60,969 bases of DNA from an uncultured Gammaproteobacteria bacterium (lineage in GTDB: Bacteria; Patescibacteriota; Microgenomatia; UBA1406; GWC2-37-13): assembly GCA_964644605.1 (NCBI GenBank), contig CAZXWS010000039.1, positions 1 through 60,969 of the forward strand, given 5' to 3'. This document shows positions 28,868 through 37,050 of the stretch, one piece after another (within the stretch, counting starts at the first letter, position 1; every line of letters begins with the position of its first letter). Both the position numbers and the translations under genes were made by a program. The notes below the pieces were generated by a model. That model did not search any database, was not told the DNA's origin, and was given only the letters and a program-made list of their open reading frames with translations.

Positions 28868-29242
28868 ATGGCACGTATACTTATTATTGATGATGAAGAA
28901 AGTATTTTAGAATCCTTGCAAATTTTACTTCAACAGGCTGGACATACCGTAGAAACTGCTACAAATGGAAAGGTTATAAATAGACATATGAACGGCACTT
29001 CACCTGACCTAATTTTGCTCGATTATTACTTACCTGACCGAAATGGTGATTCAATTGCATGTGAATTAAAGTCGAGAGAGGATACAAAACATATACCAAT
29101 TGTCATGATATCCGCAAGTTATGCTGTGAAGGGTGTAGCTATGTCGGTAGGTGCTGATGATTTCCTTTCCAAACCGTTTAACTTTGATGATTTGCTCACT
29201 AAATTGGATCAAGTTATAAAGCAAAGATCTACGGTACACTAA
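28868..29242 (+). CDS. Single-domain response regulator (REC only)
   Basis: IIDDEE, LILLDYYLPDRNG, SKPF. Confidence 0.85.
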   Translation: MARILIIDDEESILESLQILLQQAGHTVETATNGKVINRHMNGTSPDLILLDYYLPDRNGDSIACELKSREDTKHIPIVMISASYAVKGVAMSVGADDFLSKPFNFDDLLTKLDQVIKQRSTVH

Positions 29243-29302
29243 ATTTACGATATTCTTACTTTACTCTTTAACTCTTCTTAATCTGATGGATTATCTTATG
29301 AT

Positions 29303-29491
29303 ATGGCACTTATTAAAAAAGTCTTTTTTATAATAATAATAGGCGTTATTGGTTTAGCATTACAACAATTATATGCAGAGCATATCGTACATGTTAAGCT
29401 GATGGATTTAGGTGTACAGTTTATAGGAGCTGAGGTTGTAAAGTCGGCATTATTACTTTTATTTAGTAAAAACTTTCATAAGTTAGATTAA
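29303..29491 (+). CDS. Small hydrophobic hypothetical protein
   Basis: 62-aa ORF with a TM helix. No other support. Confidence 0.3.
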   Translation: MALIKKVFFIIIIGVIGLALQQLYAEHIVHVKLMDLGVQFIGAEVVKSALLLLFSKNFHKLD

Positions 29492-29509
29492 AAAATAAGG
29501 AGGTGTTCT

Positions 29510-29602
29510 ATGAAAAAGAATAGACTAAAATACAGATCGGAGTTGCAAGATAATTTTATCGAAGATATTCTTCGCGTTTTTATAAACGGAGTTAATCCTT
29601 AA
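29510..29602 (+). CDS. Candidate 30-aa small ORF (MKKNRLKYRSELQDNFIEDILRVFINGVNP)
   Basis: It is not in the ORF track. A strong AAGGAGG (29497-29503) lies 6 nt before ATG 29510. Confidence 0.35.
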   Translation: MKKNRLKYRSELQDNFIEDILRVFINGVNP

Positions 29603-29702
29603 GATAATCTTCAATTTTATTGTTGGTAATACCCCGCTGTTTATAACTGCGGGGATACCTTAGTCAAAAACAACAACAAACTTTTTAATATTCATCTAAA
29701 TA

Positions 29703-29746
29703 CCCCGTCAGCTTGCTGCGGGGAAGTTTATTTGTTTGTTTTTTTT
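29703..29746 (+). terminator. Rho-independent terminator upstream of the second kinase gene
   Basis: Stem CCCCG(T)CAGC / GCTGCGGGG followed by a T-rich tract (GTTTATTTGTTTGTTTTTTTT). Confidence 0.65.
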
Positions 29747-29779
29747 CTCTCTTGCAGTAGAATATAAGTCTTATAGTAT

Positions 29780-30937
29780 ATGGAAGAGCTTTTGAAAAAA
29801 ATAAATAAATCTGCAATAAAGTTTTTAGCTCCGCTTAATCCTGAAGATACGTATAAAAGTATACTGAAAGAAGCACAAAAAATTGTGGGGTCAGATTATG
29901 GAACTATTTTGTTGAATGAAAATGGATGCCTAAAACGTGTATATGCCACAACCGAGGAATTATATGAGGTAAAAATAAGAAAAAAGGGCTTTTCATATTC
30001 TGTATATAAAAAAAACAAAGCTGAGTACTTTGACACTTCTAAACTTGCAAGTATTCATCCAAAATTAATAGAAATGGGCATTAAATCAGTAGTCATGCTT
30101 CCTTTGTCTTATCGAAAACATCCTATAGGCGTTCTTACTCTGCAGTTTAAAAAAAAGGAGGATTTCAAAGAAAAAGATTTGCAAATATTTACTCTTTTTG
30201 CTTCGTTAGCAAGTATGGCCATTCGAAAAACACAGTTGAACTCTGAGTTAAAAGAAGCACTGGAAACTCGTGATTTATTTATTGCACTTGCTGCCCATGA
30301 GCTACGTACACCGATGACTTCTATAAATGGATATATAGACCTTATGAATCGTAGGTTAATCCAAAATAAAGCAATTGAGAACACATGGGTTAAATCATTA
30401 TCTAATGAAGCAAGCAGGCTAACACATCTAATAGAAGAGTTACTGGAAGTAAATAAAGTAAAGTCTGGAAAGCTCGTGTTTGATTTCCGAAATTGTCACT
30501 TAAGCGATGTAATAACTCAAGCTATCCATCGCTTTAAGTTCACATTTCCCACCCATAAAATTATCTATACAAATAAAGTTACTCAAGATGTTGATACCGT
30601 ACGTGGTGATTTTAATAAACTTCTGCAGGCTTTTAATAATTTATTAGACAATGCGGCAAAACATTCTTCGGTTGATAAACCAATATTTATAAATTATTTA
30701 TATATAAAAAATAAATTGGTTATCGAAATTCAGGATAGCGGTAAAGGGATAGCTCCCCACGATATACCAAATGTGTTTAAAGTATTTTATAAGGCAGAGG
30801 ATAATTTAAAGGAAGGAATGGGTTTAGGACTTTATATAACTAAAAATATACTGGATAAACATAATGCGGCAATCAAGGTAACATCGGAACTTAATAAAGG
30901 TACTACGTTTATTCTTACATTTCACCCTCAAAAATAG
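29780..30937 (+). CDS. GAF-domain histidine kinase
   Basis: GAF-like N-terminal half, H-box AAHELRTPMTSI and the ATPase motifs NLLDNAAKHS, DSGKGI and GLGLYI. Confidence 0.85.
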   Translation: MEELLKKINKSAIKFLAPLNPEDTYKSILKEAQKIVGSDYGTILLNENGCLKRVYATTEELYEVKIRKKGFSYSVYKKNKAEYFDTSKLASIHPKLIEMGIKSVVMLPLSYRKHPIGVLTLQFKKKEDFKEKDLQIFTLFASLASMAIRKTQLNSELKEALETRDLFIALAAHELRTPMTSINGYIDLMNRRLIQNKAIENTWVKSLSNEASRLTHLIEELLEVNKVKSGKLVFDFRNCHLSDVITQAIHRFKFTFPTHKIIYTNKVTQDVDTVRGDFNKLLQAFNNLLDNAAKHSSVDKPIFINYLYIKNKLVIEIQDSGKGIAPHDIPNVFKVFYKAEDNLKEGMGLGLYITKNILDKHNAAIKVTSELNKGTTFILTFHPQK

Positions 30938-30938
30938 T

Positions 30939-31925
30939 ATGGCGGAAATGAAGATGTCGATGGAGCCACAAGAAAGGCTTGCTATGAATGAGATACAGGA
31001 AATGACCAAGGAGGCACTGGTATACTGTGGTCATTTAGAACCGTTTAGCGGCGAGTACGGTTTACAGTCGTTTGAAGAATTGTACAAAAAAATTCAAGAA
31101 GAAATAATCTCCGGTAATCATGAAACCCCTACAATCTTTGCTGTGATAGGTCCGTCTGGTGCGGGAAAATCAACAATTGCTTCTGATTTATTTTTATTAG
31201 CCTCACAGGATCCGAAAATAAATGATGTTGCTATATGATTTCTAAGATGGGGTCGCATGATTGATGCATACGGACAAGTTATGCAGCCCGAGCAAGACAT
31301 TATCAAAGGGGCATTAAGTCCGCAATTACATGACAGAGTAGCTCGGTTTGCTTTCGAAAAAGTACAGACGGTTACCAACACACTGCGAGGAATACCAGCG
31401 CTTTTAGGTGTTGAGCTGGTTGGATTTCCTGGTTTGCCGCTTGATGTTAATAATATAGCCACAGATATTCCTATGCAGAATAAAAACAGAGGATTAAAAG
31501 CATTAGCTTACTTAGCACAAAATAATGGATATGCTTTAGTTACAATACCAGATGAAGCACAGATATTTCGAGCAGCGCAAATCAGGAATCAAATTATGAC
31601 TGATGACACTTCGGAGTTACTTGCGGACAGTAATATATCCGTATATGGCACTGCATCTGCAGTGGATGAAGAGTGGGTTTCACTTTCGGCTCCTGCCGAA
31701 ACAGTAATCAAGATGCAGGAAGAATTGGTAAACGATATGTTCAATTGGCATACTTTTGGTATTGTTGATTTGTCCACAGAAGATGTTGGCGAAGAAAGAA
31801 TATTATCATCACTTAGAAATAATGTCGAATATCGTATACAGATGCTTGGGGAACGGGTTGTTCCAGCACTCATGCAAATGCTAGGTTTTCAACCCGACCA
31901 CGTATTTATTGCGAAAATAAATTAA
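30939..31925 (+). pseudogene. P-loop NTPase/kinase-like ORF interrupted by one in-frame TGA (31236-31238); either split or read through
   Basis: ORFs 30939..31238 (Walker A GPSGAGKST) and 31257..31925 are in the same frame, separated only by TGA plus 6 sense codons. The ATG lies 1 nt after the kinase stop. Confidence 0.5.
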
Positions 31926-31983
31926 CAGATCATACGCCGTTTTTTTTAGATACATTACGGGAATATGAAATTGAGTAAATAAC

Positions 31984-32074
31984 TTATTAGTTACTGGTTA
32001 AGAGTTGGGAGTTACGAATGACGAATTACGAGTATTTTGTATAAAGTATTCAGTATCTAGTATTTAGTATTTAG
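31984..32074. repeat. Degenerate heptanucleotide-periodic tract (13 units, T-N-N-N-N-A/G-G/A)
   Basis: The units read ttattag ttactgg ttaagag ttgggag ttacgaa tgacgaa ttacgag tattttg tataaag tattcag tatctag tatttag tatttag. Confidence 0.7.
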
Positions 32075-32083
32075 GAAAAAATG

Positions 32084-32157
32084 TGTAGTGGTGCCATTTA
32101 TGGCACCTTAATAGGATTTTTTTTATTAAGGAGGGTGTGATAAATCACACCACTACA
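32084..32157. repeat. Composite palindromic element (BIME-like; three hairpins closed by an outer stem)
   Basis: Outer stem TGTAGTGGTG / CACCACTACA. Inner hairpins are GGTGCCA-TTTA-TGGCACC, CCTTAATA-(10 nt)-TATTAAGG and GGTGTGAT-AA-ATCACACC. Confidence 0.7.
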
Positions 32158-32323
32158 TATTTTTCATAAATCTATAATCTTCAATTTTGAAAATTTGAAT
32201 TTCAATATTGATTTAAAATTTAAAATTGAGAATTTAAAATTTATTGAATGTGGGCGTTTACCATATACCACTACCGAGCAATTCTTATATCGTAGATCTT
32301 AAATCATAAATCTATAATGTAGT

Positions 32324-32995
32324 TTATTCTTTTATCATGTATCCGAAGCCGCGGACGGACTGGATTAGTTTTTTTTCGTGTTGCGAATCAATTTTTTTTC
32401 GTAGATATCCCATGTATACATCAACCACACGCGTTTCAATATGTGAAGAATAGAGCCAAATTCGGTTTAATATCATTTCACGTGTTAACACCCGACCTTT
32501 GTTATTTAATAAATATTCAAGCAGCTGAAACTCTTTATGGCTGAGTTGAATCACTTCATTTGCCCGCTTTACTTCAAGTGTTTTAGTATTTAATTCCAAA
32601 TCTCCAGCTGAAATAACTGAGTTTTCACCTTCGTGTGAACGAAGACGAGCATGAATGCGCGCGAGCAGTACTTCTCCTGCAAACGGTTTAGTGACATAAT
32701 CATCTGCGCCCAGCTTAAGTCCGTTGACAATATCTGATGTTGTGTCTCGAGCTGTTAATGTAATGACTGGTAGATCAGGGTATTTTTTACGTACTTCTGC
32801 AACCACTGACTCCCCACTTAAATTAGGAAGCCCAAGATCTAAAATTACTAAATCCGGTGGTGCCCGTTTAACTTTATTAAGAGCCTGGACTCCGTCTGAT
32901 GCAAGTTCTACTGAGTAGCCATTATCAAGTAGTAATTCTTTAAGGTAAGATTGAATTCCCTCATCATCTTCTACCACCAGTAAATGTTTTGCCAT
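32324..32995 (-). CDS. OmpR-family response regulator (REC plus winged-helix DNA-binding domain)
   Basis: LLVVEDDE, LVILDLGLPNLSG, TKPF and the C-terminal LT.KEFQLLEYLL...VRGFGY. I prefer the start at ATG 32995. Confidence 0.9.
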   Translation of the reverse strand: MAKHLLVVEDDEGIQSYLKELLLDNGYSVELASDGVQALNKVKRAPPDLVILDLGLPNLSGESVVAEVRKKYPDLPVITLTARDTTSDIVNGLKLGADDYVTKPFAGEVLLARIHARLRSHEGENSVISAGDLELNTKTLEVKRANEVIQLSHKEFQLLEYLLNNKGRVLTREMILNRIWLYSSHIETRVVDVYMGYLRKKIDSQHEKKLIQSVRGFGYMIKE

Positions 32996-33105
32996 ATTTT
33001 TTATTATAGCATTTATTCTTACAAATGTCTTGTCATGAAGCACTTCTTACAAAATTCTTACAAAATTATTGTCTTTTTTTCAGCTAACCTCCATATATTT
33101 AAAAT

Positions 33106-33504
33106 ATGAGAAAAATTATTTTAGTATCAATACTGTTGTTGGTACTATTTCTTGTAAGTGCATTTCAGTATGCATTAAATGCGTTACGGGCAGACGCTGA
33201 GCAAAAAGTTAAAATTTCAACAAAAGTATCAACTTTATACAGTAACGGTTTACCTCTGAGTTTGAGTACACCGTTATATAACCCTTATTTAAATCCAAAT
33301 ATTGTGTATTTAAAAATACAATCGGAACCTGGTTCTTTAATTCGAATAAATGGTGAAGACAGAAGTTATGTAGATGGTAGAGGGATACTGGAAACTCCAC
33401 TTACGCTGGAAGACAAATGTTCAGGTGAGAATTTGTTTAGTATTGTCAGTATGAAAGAGGATCATCTGACTCAAAAGCAGCTATATATAAATGCAAAGTG
33501 CTAG
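33106..33504 (+). CDS. Secreted or anchored hypothetical protein
   Basis: 132-aa ORF with an N-terminal hydrophobic segment. Confidence 0.45.
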   Translation: MRKIILVSILLLVLFLVSAFQYALNALRADAEQKVKISTKVSTLYSNGLPLSLSTPLYNPYLNPNIVYLKIQSEPGSLIRINGEDRSYVDGRGILETPLTLEDKCSGENLFSIVSMKEDHLTQKQLYINAKC

Positions 33505-33525
33505 TTACAAATTTATGGTAATACT

Positions 33526-33753
33526 ATGGAAACACAATTTTTTAATGTACTAAGAAAAGGATTTTTACTAGGAACAGGTCTGGGATTAGTTTTTGCTGTT
33601 TTAGCAATTATTTTCCCTGTAATAGGACATCTATTTATGAATGGACCAGTAGAAGCTCTGTTAAAGTGCGGGGCATTAACAGCAGCTGTATGTACTGGAG
33701 CCGCGACAGGAACTTTTGCAGGTACATTAGGGGGATTAATTATGCAGCTTTAA
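33526..33753 (+). CDS. Small Gly/Ala-rich two-TM hypothetical protein
   Basis: 75-aa ORF with glycine-zipper-like helices. Confidence 0.4.
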   Translation: METQFFNVLRKGFLLGTGLGLVFAVLAIIFPVIGHLFMNGPVEALLKCGALTAAVCTGAATGTFAGTLGGLIMQL

Positions 33754-34595
33754 TTTTTTGGTATGAGTTTAAACCAGAGCAATAATGCGGTTGTAATAGC
33801 AAGAAGTATGTAAATATATTCATTATAAATGTAGGTGAAAAATGCGTTTTTTGACTTTGCTGTATTCGCTACAAAGAGATTGAGTGCATTAGAAAACTTT
33901 TGATAATCCATAACTTCGAGTTTTCCGTTTTGACCCACGGTTATAGTTCCTCGTTCTTCAGATATAATAATCACAAAAGCATCGGAGTTTTTAGTTATAT
34001 TGAGTCCAGCCAAGTGGCGTGTGCCCCATTTTACCCGTTTATTGTATGATCTGTTTAGAGCTATATATGTACTGAAACTTTCAATAATATTGTTTTGTAT
34101 GACGACAGCTCCGTCGTGCCCAACTGAAGAATGATCAAAAATACTTAACAATAAAGCAGTGGAAACCTGTCCATTTAGCTCTATACGGTTTAAAATAAAT
34201 CTATCAAGTGGCTCATGACCTTTAATGAGAATTAAAGCTCCCGTGCGGGTAGCCGCAAGATCTTTTACTGCTTCTCTAATAGCAAATATACTCTCCATTG
34301 TAAGATGACTTCGATAGGAGTTAATTGCATAAAATGATATTATTTCGAGATATTTTCTGATTTCACGCTGAAACACGACAGTAAGTACGATAACGATAAC
34401 ACTGATAAAGGATTCGAATATTTTTTTCGTTAATCCTAGATCCAATATTGATGCAATAAAATACAATATAAAAAGTGTTATAAATCCGAAGAGCAAAGGT
34501 GTGTTACGTAACCGTCGTAACACGAAAATAAAACAATATATCAGGAAACTCACTATAGCAATATCGATACCAGTAATTAAAATTTTTGGATCCAT
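33750..34595 (-). CDS. cdaA: Diadenylate cyclase (membrane-anchored CdaA/DacA type)
   Basis: Three N-terminal TM helices and a DAC domain with GALILI, DGAVV, GTRHLAG and VIIISEERGTITV. Confidence 0.85.
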   Translation of the reverse strand: MDPKILITGIDIAIVSFLIYCFIFVLRRLRNTPLLFGFITLFILYFIASILDLGLTKKIFESFISVIVIVLTVVFQREIRKYLEIISFYAINSYRSHLTMESIFAIREAVKDLAATRTGALILIKGHEPLDRFILNRIELNGQVSTALLLSIFDHSSVGHDGAVVIQNNIIESFSTYIALNRSYNKRVKWGTRHLAGLNITKNSDAFVIIISEERGTITVGQNGKLEVMDYQKFSNALNLFVANTAKSKNAFFTYIYNEYIYILLAITTALLLWFKLIPKN

Positions 34596-34670
34596 AACAA
34601 TGAAGACAGAAATGGGGCAAATGCTGTCCCTATTATAACAGAAGAAAGATAGTTTGATAAAATATAATAC

Positions 34671-35663
34671 ATGGATCAGTTTTTAAATAGCTTTTCATTA
34701 CATGGCAACTGGGTGGATTTGGCGTTTGTACTTGTCGTCTTGTATTTTTTGTTTACGAATCGCGGGTTTTTAGACACAATGCTTGATGTGGTAGGTTTTG
34801 TGCTGGCGCTTATTTTTTCTTATAGACTCTACAACGTTATTGGCAGGTTGCTAGTTTATAATTTTGCGCTTCCGAACGGGATATCGAATGCGATTGGCTT
34901 TTTTATTGCGTGGTTTTTTCTTGAAATGTTTATATTTATCGTAACAACATTACTTTCTATTCATGTCTTTGATCCTTATAAAAAGAACCCTTTGAATAGA
35001 GGATTAGGATATTTAGCTGGATTTATACAAGCCGTTGTTATTTTTCTATTTTTTATTAGTCTGATATTTGCCTTCCCAGTTAAAGGACAAATTAAGCGCG
35101 ACATACTGGAATCAAAAACAGGCCCTTTTTTTGTAAACTTGTCTCAGTATTCAGAGCTGAGGCTTAAGAATATATTTGGCGGTGCTATTTCAGAAACAAT
35201 AAACTTTCTCACTATAAAGCCGCAGTCCAACGAGACCATTGACCTTGGCTTTAAAGCAAATTCTTCTCAACTACATTCTGATGAAACTTCGGAAGAGACA
35301 CTACTCAATTTAGTTAATAAGGAACGTACTTCTCGCGGTTTACACGCACTCAAATTAGATACAAGTCTACGGAGTTTAGCGAGGAATTATGCGGTGGAAA
35401 TGCTTGAGAATGGATTTTTTGCACATGTGTCGCAAGTGGATGGTTCATCACCGGGAGATAGAGCCAATAGAGCGAATATAGAATACACTGTGCTTGGTGA
35501 AAATCTTGCATATGCTCCAGATGTATATATTGCTCATCAAGGTCTTATGAACTCAGAAGGACACAGAAAAAATATTCTTTCACCAGAGTATGGAAGGGTG
35601 GGAATTGGTGTCATTGACGCTGGGTATTATGGGAAAATGTTTGTACAGGAATTTGCAGATTAA
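34671..35663 (+). CDS. CvpA-like membrane domain fused to a CAP/SCP (YkwD-like) extracellular domain
   Basis: N-terminal 4-TM CvpA-like region. C-terminal LNLVNKERTSRGLHAL..LARNYAVEM..FAH...GENLAY...HQGLMNSEGHRKNIL...GIGV. Confidence 0.7.
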   Translation: MDQFLNSFSLHGNWVDLAFVLVVLYFLFTNRGFLDTMLDVVGFVLALIFSYRLYNVIGRLLVYNFALPNGISNAIGFFIAWFFLEMFIFIVTTLLSIHVFDPYKKNPLNRGLGYLAGFIQAVVIFLFFISLIFAFPVKGQIKRDILESKTGPFFVNLSQYSELRLKNIFGGAISETINFLTIKPQSNETIDLGFKANSSQLHSDETSEETLLNLVNKERTSRGLHALKLDTSLRSLARNYAVEMLENGFFAHVSQVDGSSPGDRANRANIEYTVLGENLAYAPDVYIAHQGLMNSEGHRKNILSPEYGRVGIGVIDAGYYGKMFVQEFAD

Positions 35664-37007
35664 TCATAGTAGTGTTGCTACTTTACGCCAAAATTCTACA
35701 ACACCATGAGGACTTAACTCATAAGTATTTATATCATCTTTTCGGCTTGCCATGTTCAAATTAAGCATTTCGTAGAATATTTTTTGGTCTAAACACCATT
35801 TAATAAAACCAGCTGCTGCAACGGGGTCATTGGGCAAAAAAATGCCGCGCCATTTTTTTATTTCCTTTTGTAAATCTTTATCAGTATCAAGAGATATATT
35901 TTTTTCTGCATAATGCCAGAGTGTTCGCTGTTCACTGACAAGAGGGATGAGATAATGCCTTCGAAGGAAATCTAAATTATCAAACTCCTGCCGTCCAACT
36001 GGTTCAGAAAAAAGCAGAATTGAGCCACCTTTTTTTTCGGGGGATATAAGTGCTTTGAATGCTTGTTCGCTCGGCTTTGTAATCTCTACCGCAATCACTT
36101 CATGAGTATAAATATTTTCATAGGAATCAATAATATCTCGATCCACCGCAGAAGTAGTAAGTTTTACAAAAGGTCGTTCATTCATTTCATATATGAAGTT
36201 TTTTGTAAAAGGCGCAGTTTTTGCCACTACATGCAGTGAAAATCTATGGCTGCGTCTATACAACGCGTCTATTAATACAGTGAAATACTGGGTACCTACT
36301 GCTGCTCCTGAAATTGGTATTACTAAATTGGTAAGTTCTGTGCTCTCAGGATCAAGTTGTCGTTTTTTGTACTCGTATTGATGCTCCGTTAAGGGTTGAG
36401 CAAGCATGGGAGACAGAGGGTAGGGGTTTACTGCAAAATCGGTGTGTTTTAGTTTTGCTTTTCTCCCGTATGCTTCAAGTGCTTTTTTTGTTTTTTCACT
36501 CGGTACACACGTCAAATCTGCTCCTGGAACGTACCACATTTTTTGCGGACTATCATCTGTGACTTGTACAACAAGAATAATTTCAATTTTTTTATCTTCA
36601 GCTAATTTATCTTTTATTGCAGCAATTTGATGTGCTAATCCGAAGTGCGTAGCAATCACTAACACTGTGGCAGGCGATTTTAGTCGTTCATCAATAAGCG
36701 TAGTTAGCTGTCCATAGAGAACCTTTGTGCGAGAGCGGAGGAAAGCTCCGTACAAAACAGCAGTGATATTTTCACCGATTCCTTTTCCTATCCATTCATA
36801 AATAGCCCGCGTAATACGATAATTACTGGCGATTCTGTGAACATAGTTTATTGAGTAATCTTGTGCTCCCAGTAGTACAGGGTTAGCACCTGATGGAAGT
36901 CCATGATAAAGAGCATTAGTTACTCGTAAATGGCCAAATCCGGCAGGTGCATAGGTAAATATAAGCAGCATCGAAGGATTGGTGAGTGCTTTACTATAAT
37001 CGTCCAT
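35664..37007 (-). CDS. Divergent GT-B glycosyltransferase, MGDG-synthase/UgtP (GT28)-like
   Basis: N-terminal FTYAPAGFGHLRVTNAL resembles the G.GH motif of MGDG_synth. C-terminal ITKPSEQ...EPVGRQEFDN resembles the K(P)GG...PGQE motif. Assigned by eye only. Confidence 0.4.
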   Translation of the reverse strand: MDDYSKALTNPSMLLIFTYAPAGFGHLRVTNALYHGLPSGANPVLLGAQDYSINYVHRIASNYRITRAIYEWIGKGIGENITAVLYGAFLRSRTKVLYGQLTTLIDERLKSPATVLVIATHFGLAHQIAAIKDKLAEDKKIEIILVVQVTDDSPQKMWYVPGADLTCVPSEKTKKALEAYGRKAKLKHTDFAVNPYPLSPMLAQPLTEHQYEYKKRQLDPESTELTNLVIPISGAAVGTQYFTVLIDALYRRSHRFSLHVVAKTAPFTKNFIYEMNERPFVKLTTSAVDRDIIDSYENIYTHEVIAVEITKPSEQAFKALISPEKKGGSILLFSEPVGRQEFDNLDFLRRHYLIPLVSEQRTLWHYAEKNISLDTDKDLQKEIKKWRGIFLPNDPVAAAGFIKWCLDQKIFYEMLNLNMASRKDDINTYELSPHGVVEFWRKVATLL

Positions 37008-37050
37008 ATTAATTACTATAGCAGATATGTCTGGCTGTAATGCTACACAA

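Noticed and set aside
31236-31238. Possibility that the genome uses an alternative code with UGA as a sense codon (as in Gracilibacteria/SR1), which would explain the in-frame TGA.
   Set aside because: TGA cleanly terminates several conserved genes at their expected C-termini: ALDH at 23266, the kinase at 28392 with an ATGA overlap, and Lon at 51293. None of the long conserved ORFs (secA, ftsH, lon, alaS, sufB) contains an internal TGA. The tsaD stop (TGA directly followed by TAA at 43575-43580) is ambiguous but does not outweigh this.
4195-32023. The AATGACGA / ACGA-rich words at 4195, 4240, 25399 and 32016 as a specific intergenic motif.
   Set aside because: The same word also occurs inside a coding region (14788-14795). 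With an expected chance count of about two for an 8-mer in this window, I cannot establish enrichment without a proper count.
32084-32157. The cloverleaf-shaped element as a genuine tRNA or tRNA-like gene.
   Set aside because: It has no GG in the first loop, no TTCGA-type T-loop, a 10-nt middle loop and no spacer nucleotides. It is equally foldable on both strands, which points to a DNA palindrome or REP-like element.
31984-32250. The repeat tracts as a CRISPR array.
   Set aside because: The units are 7 nt, degenerate and contiguous, with no repeat-spacer architecture. No cas genes are present in the window.
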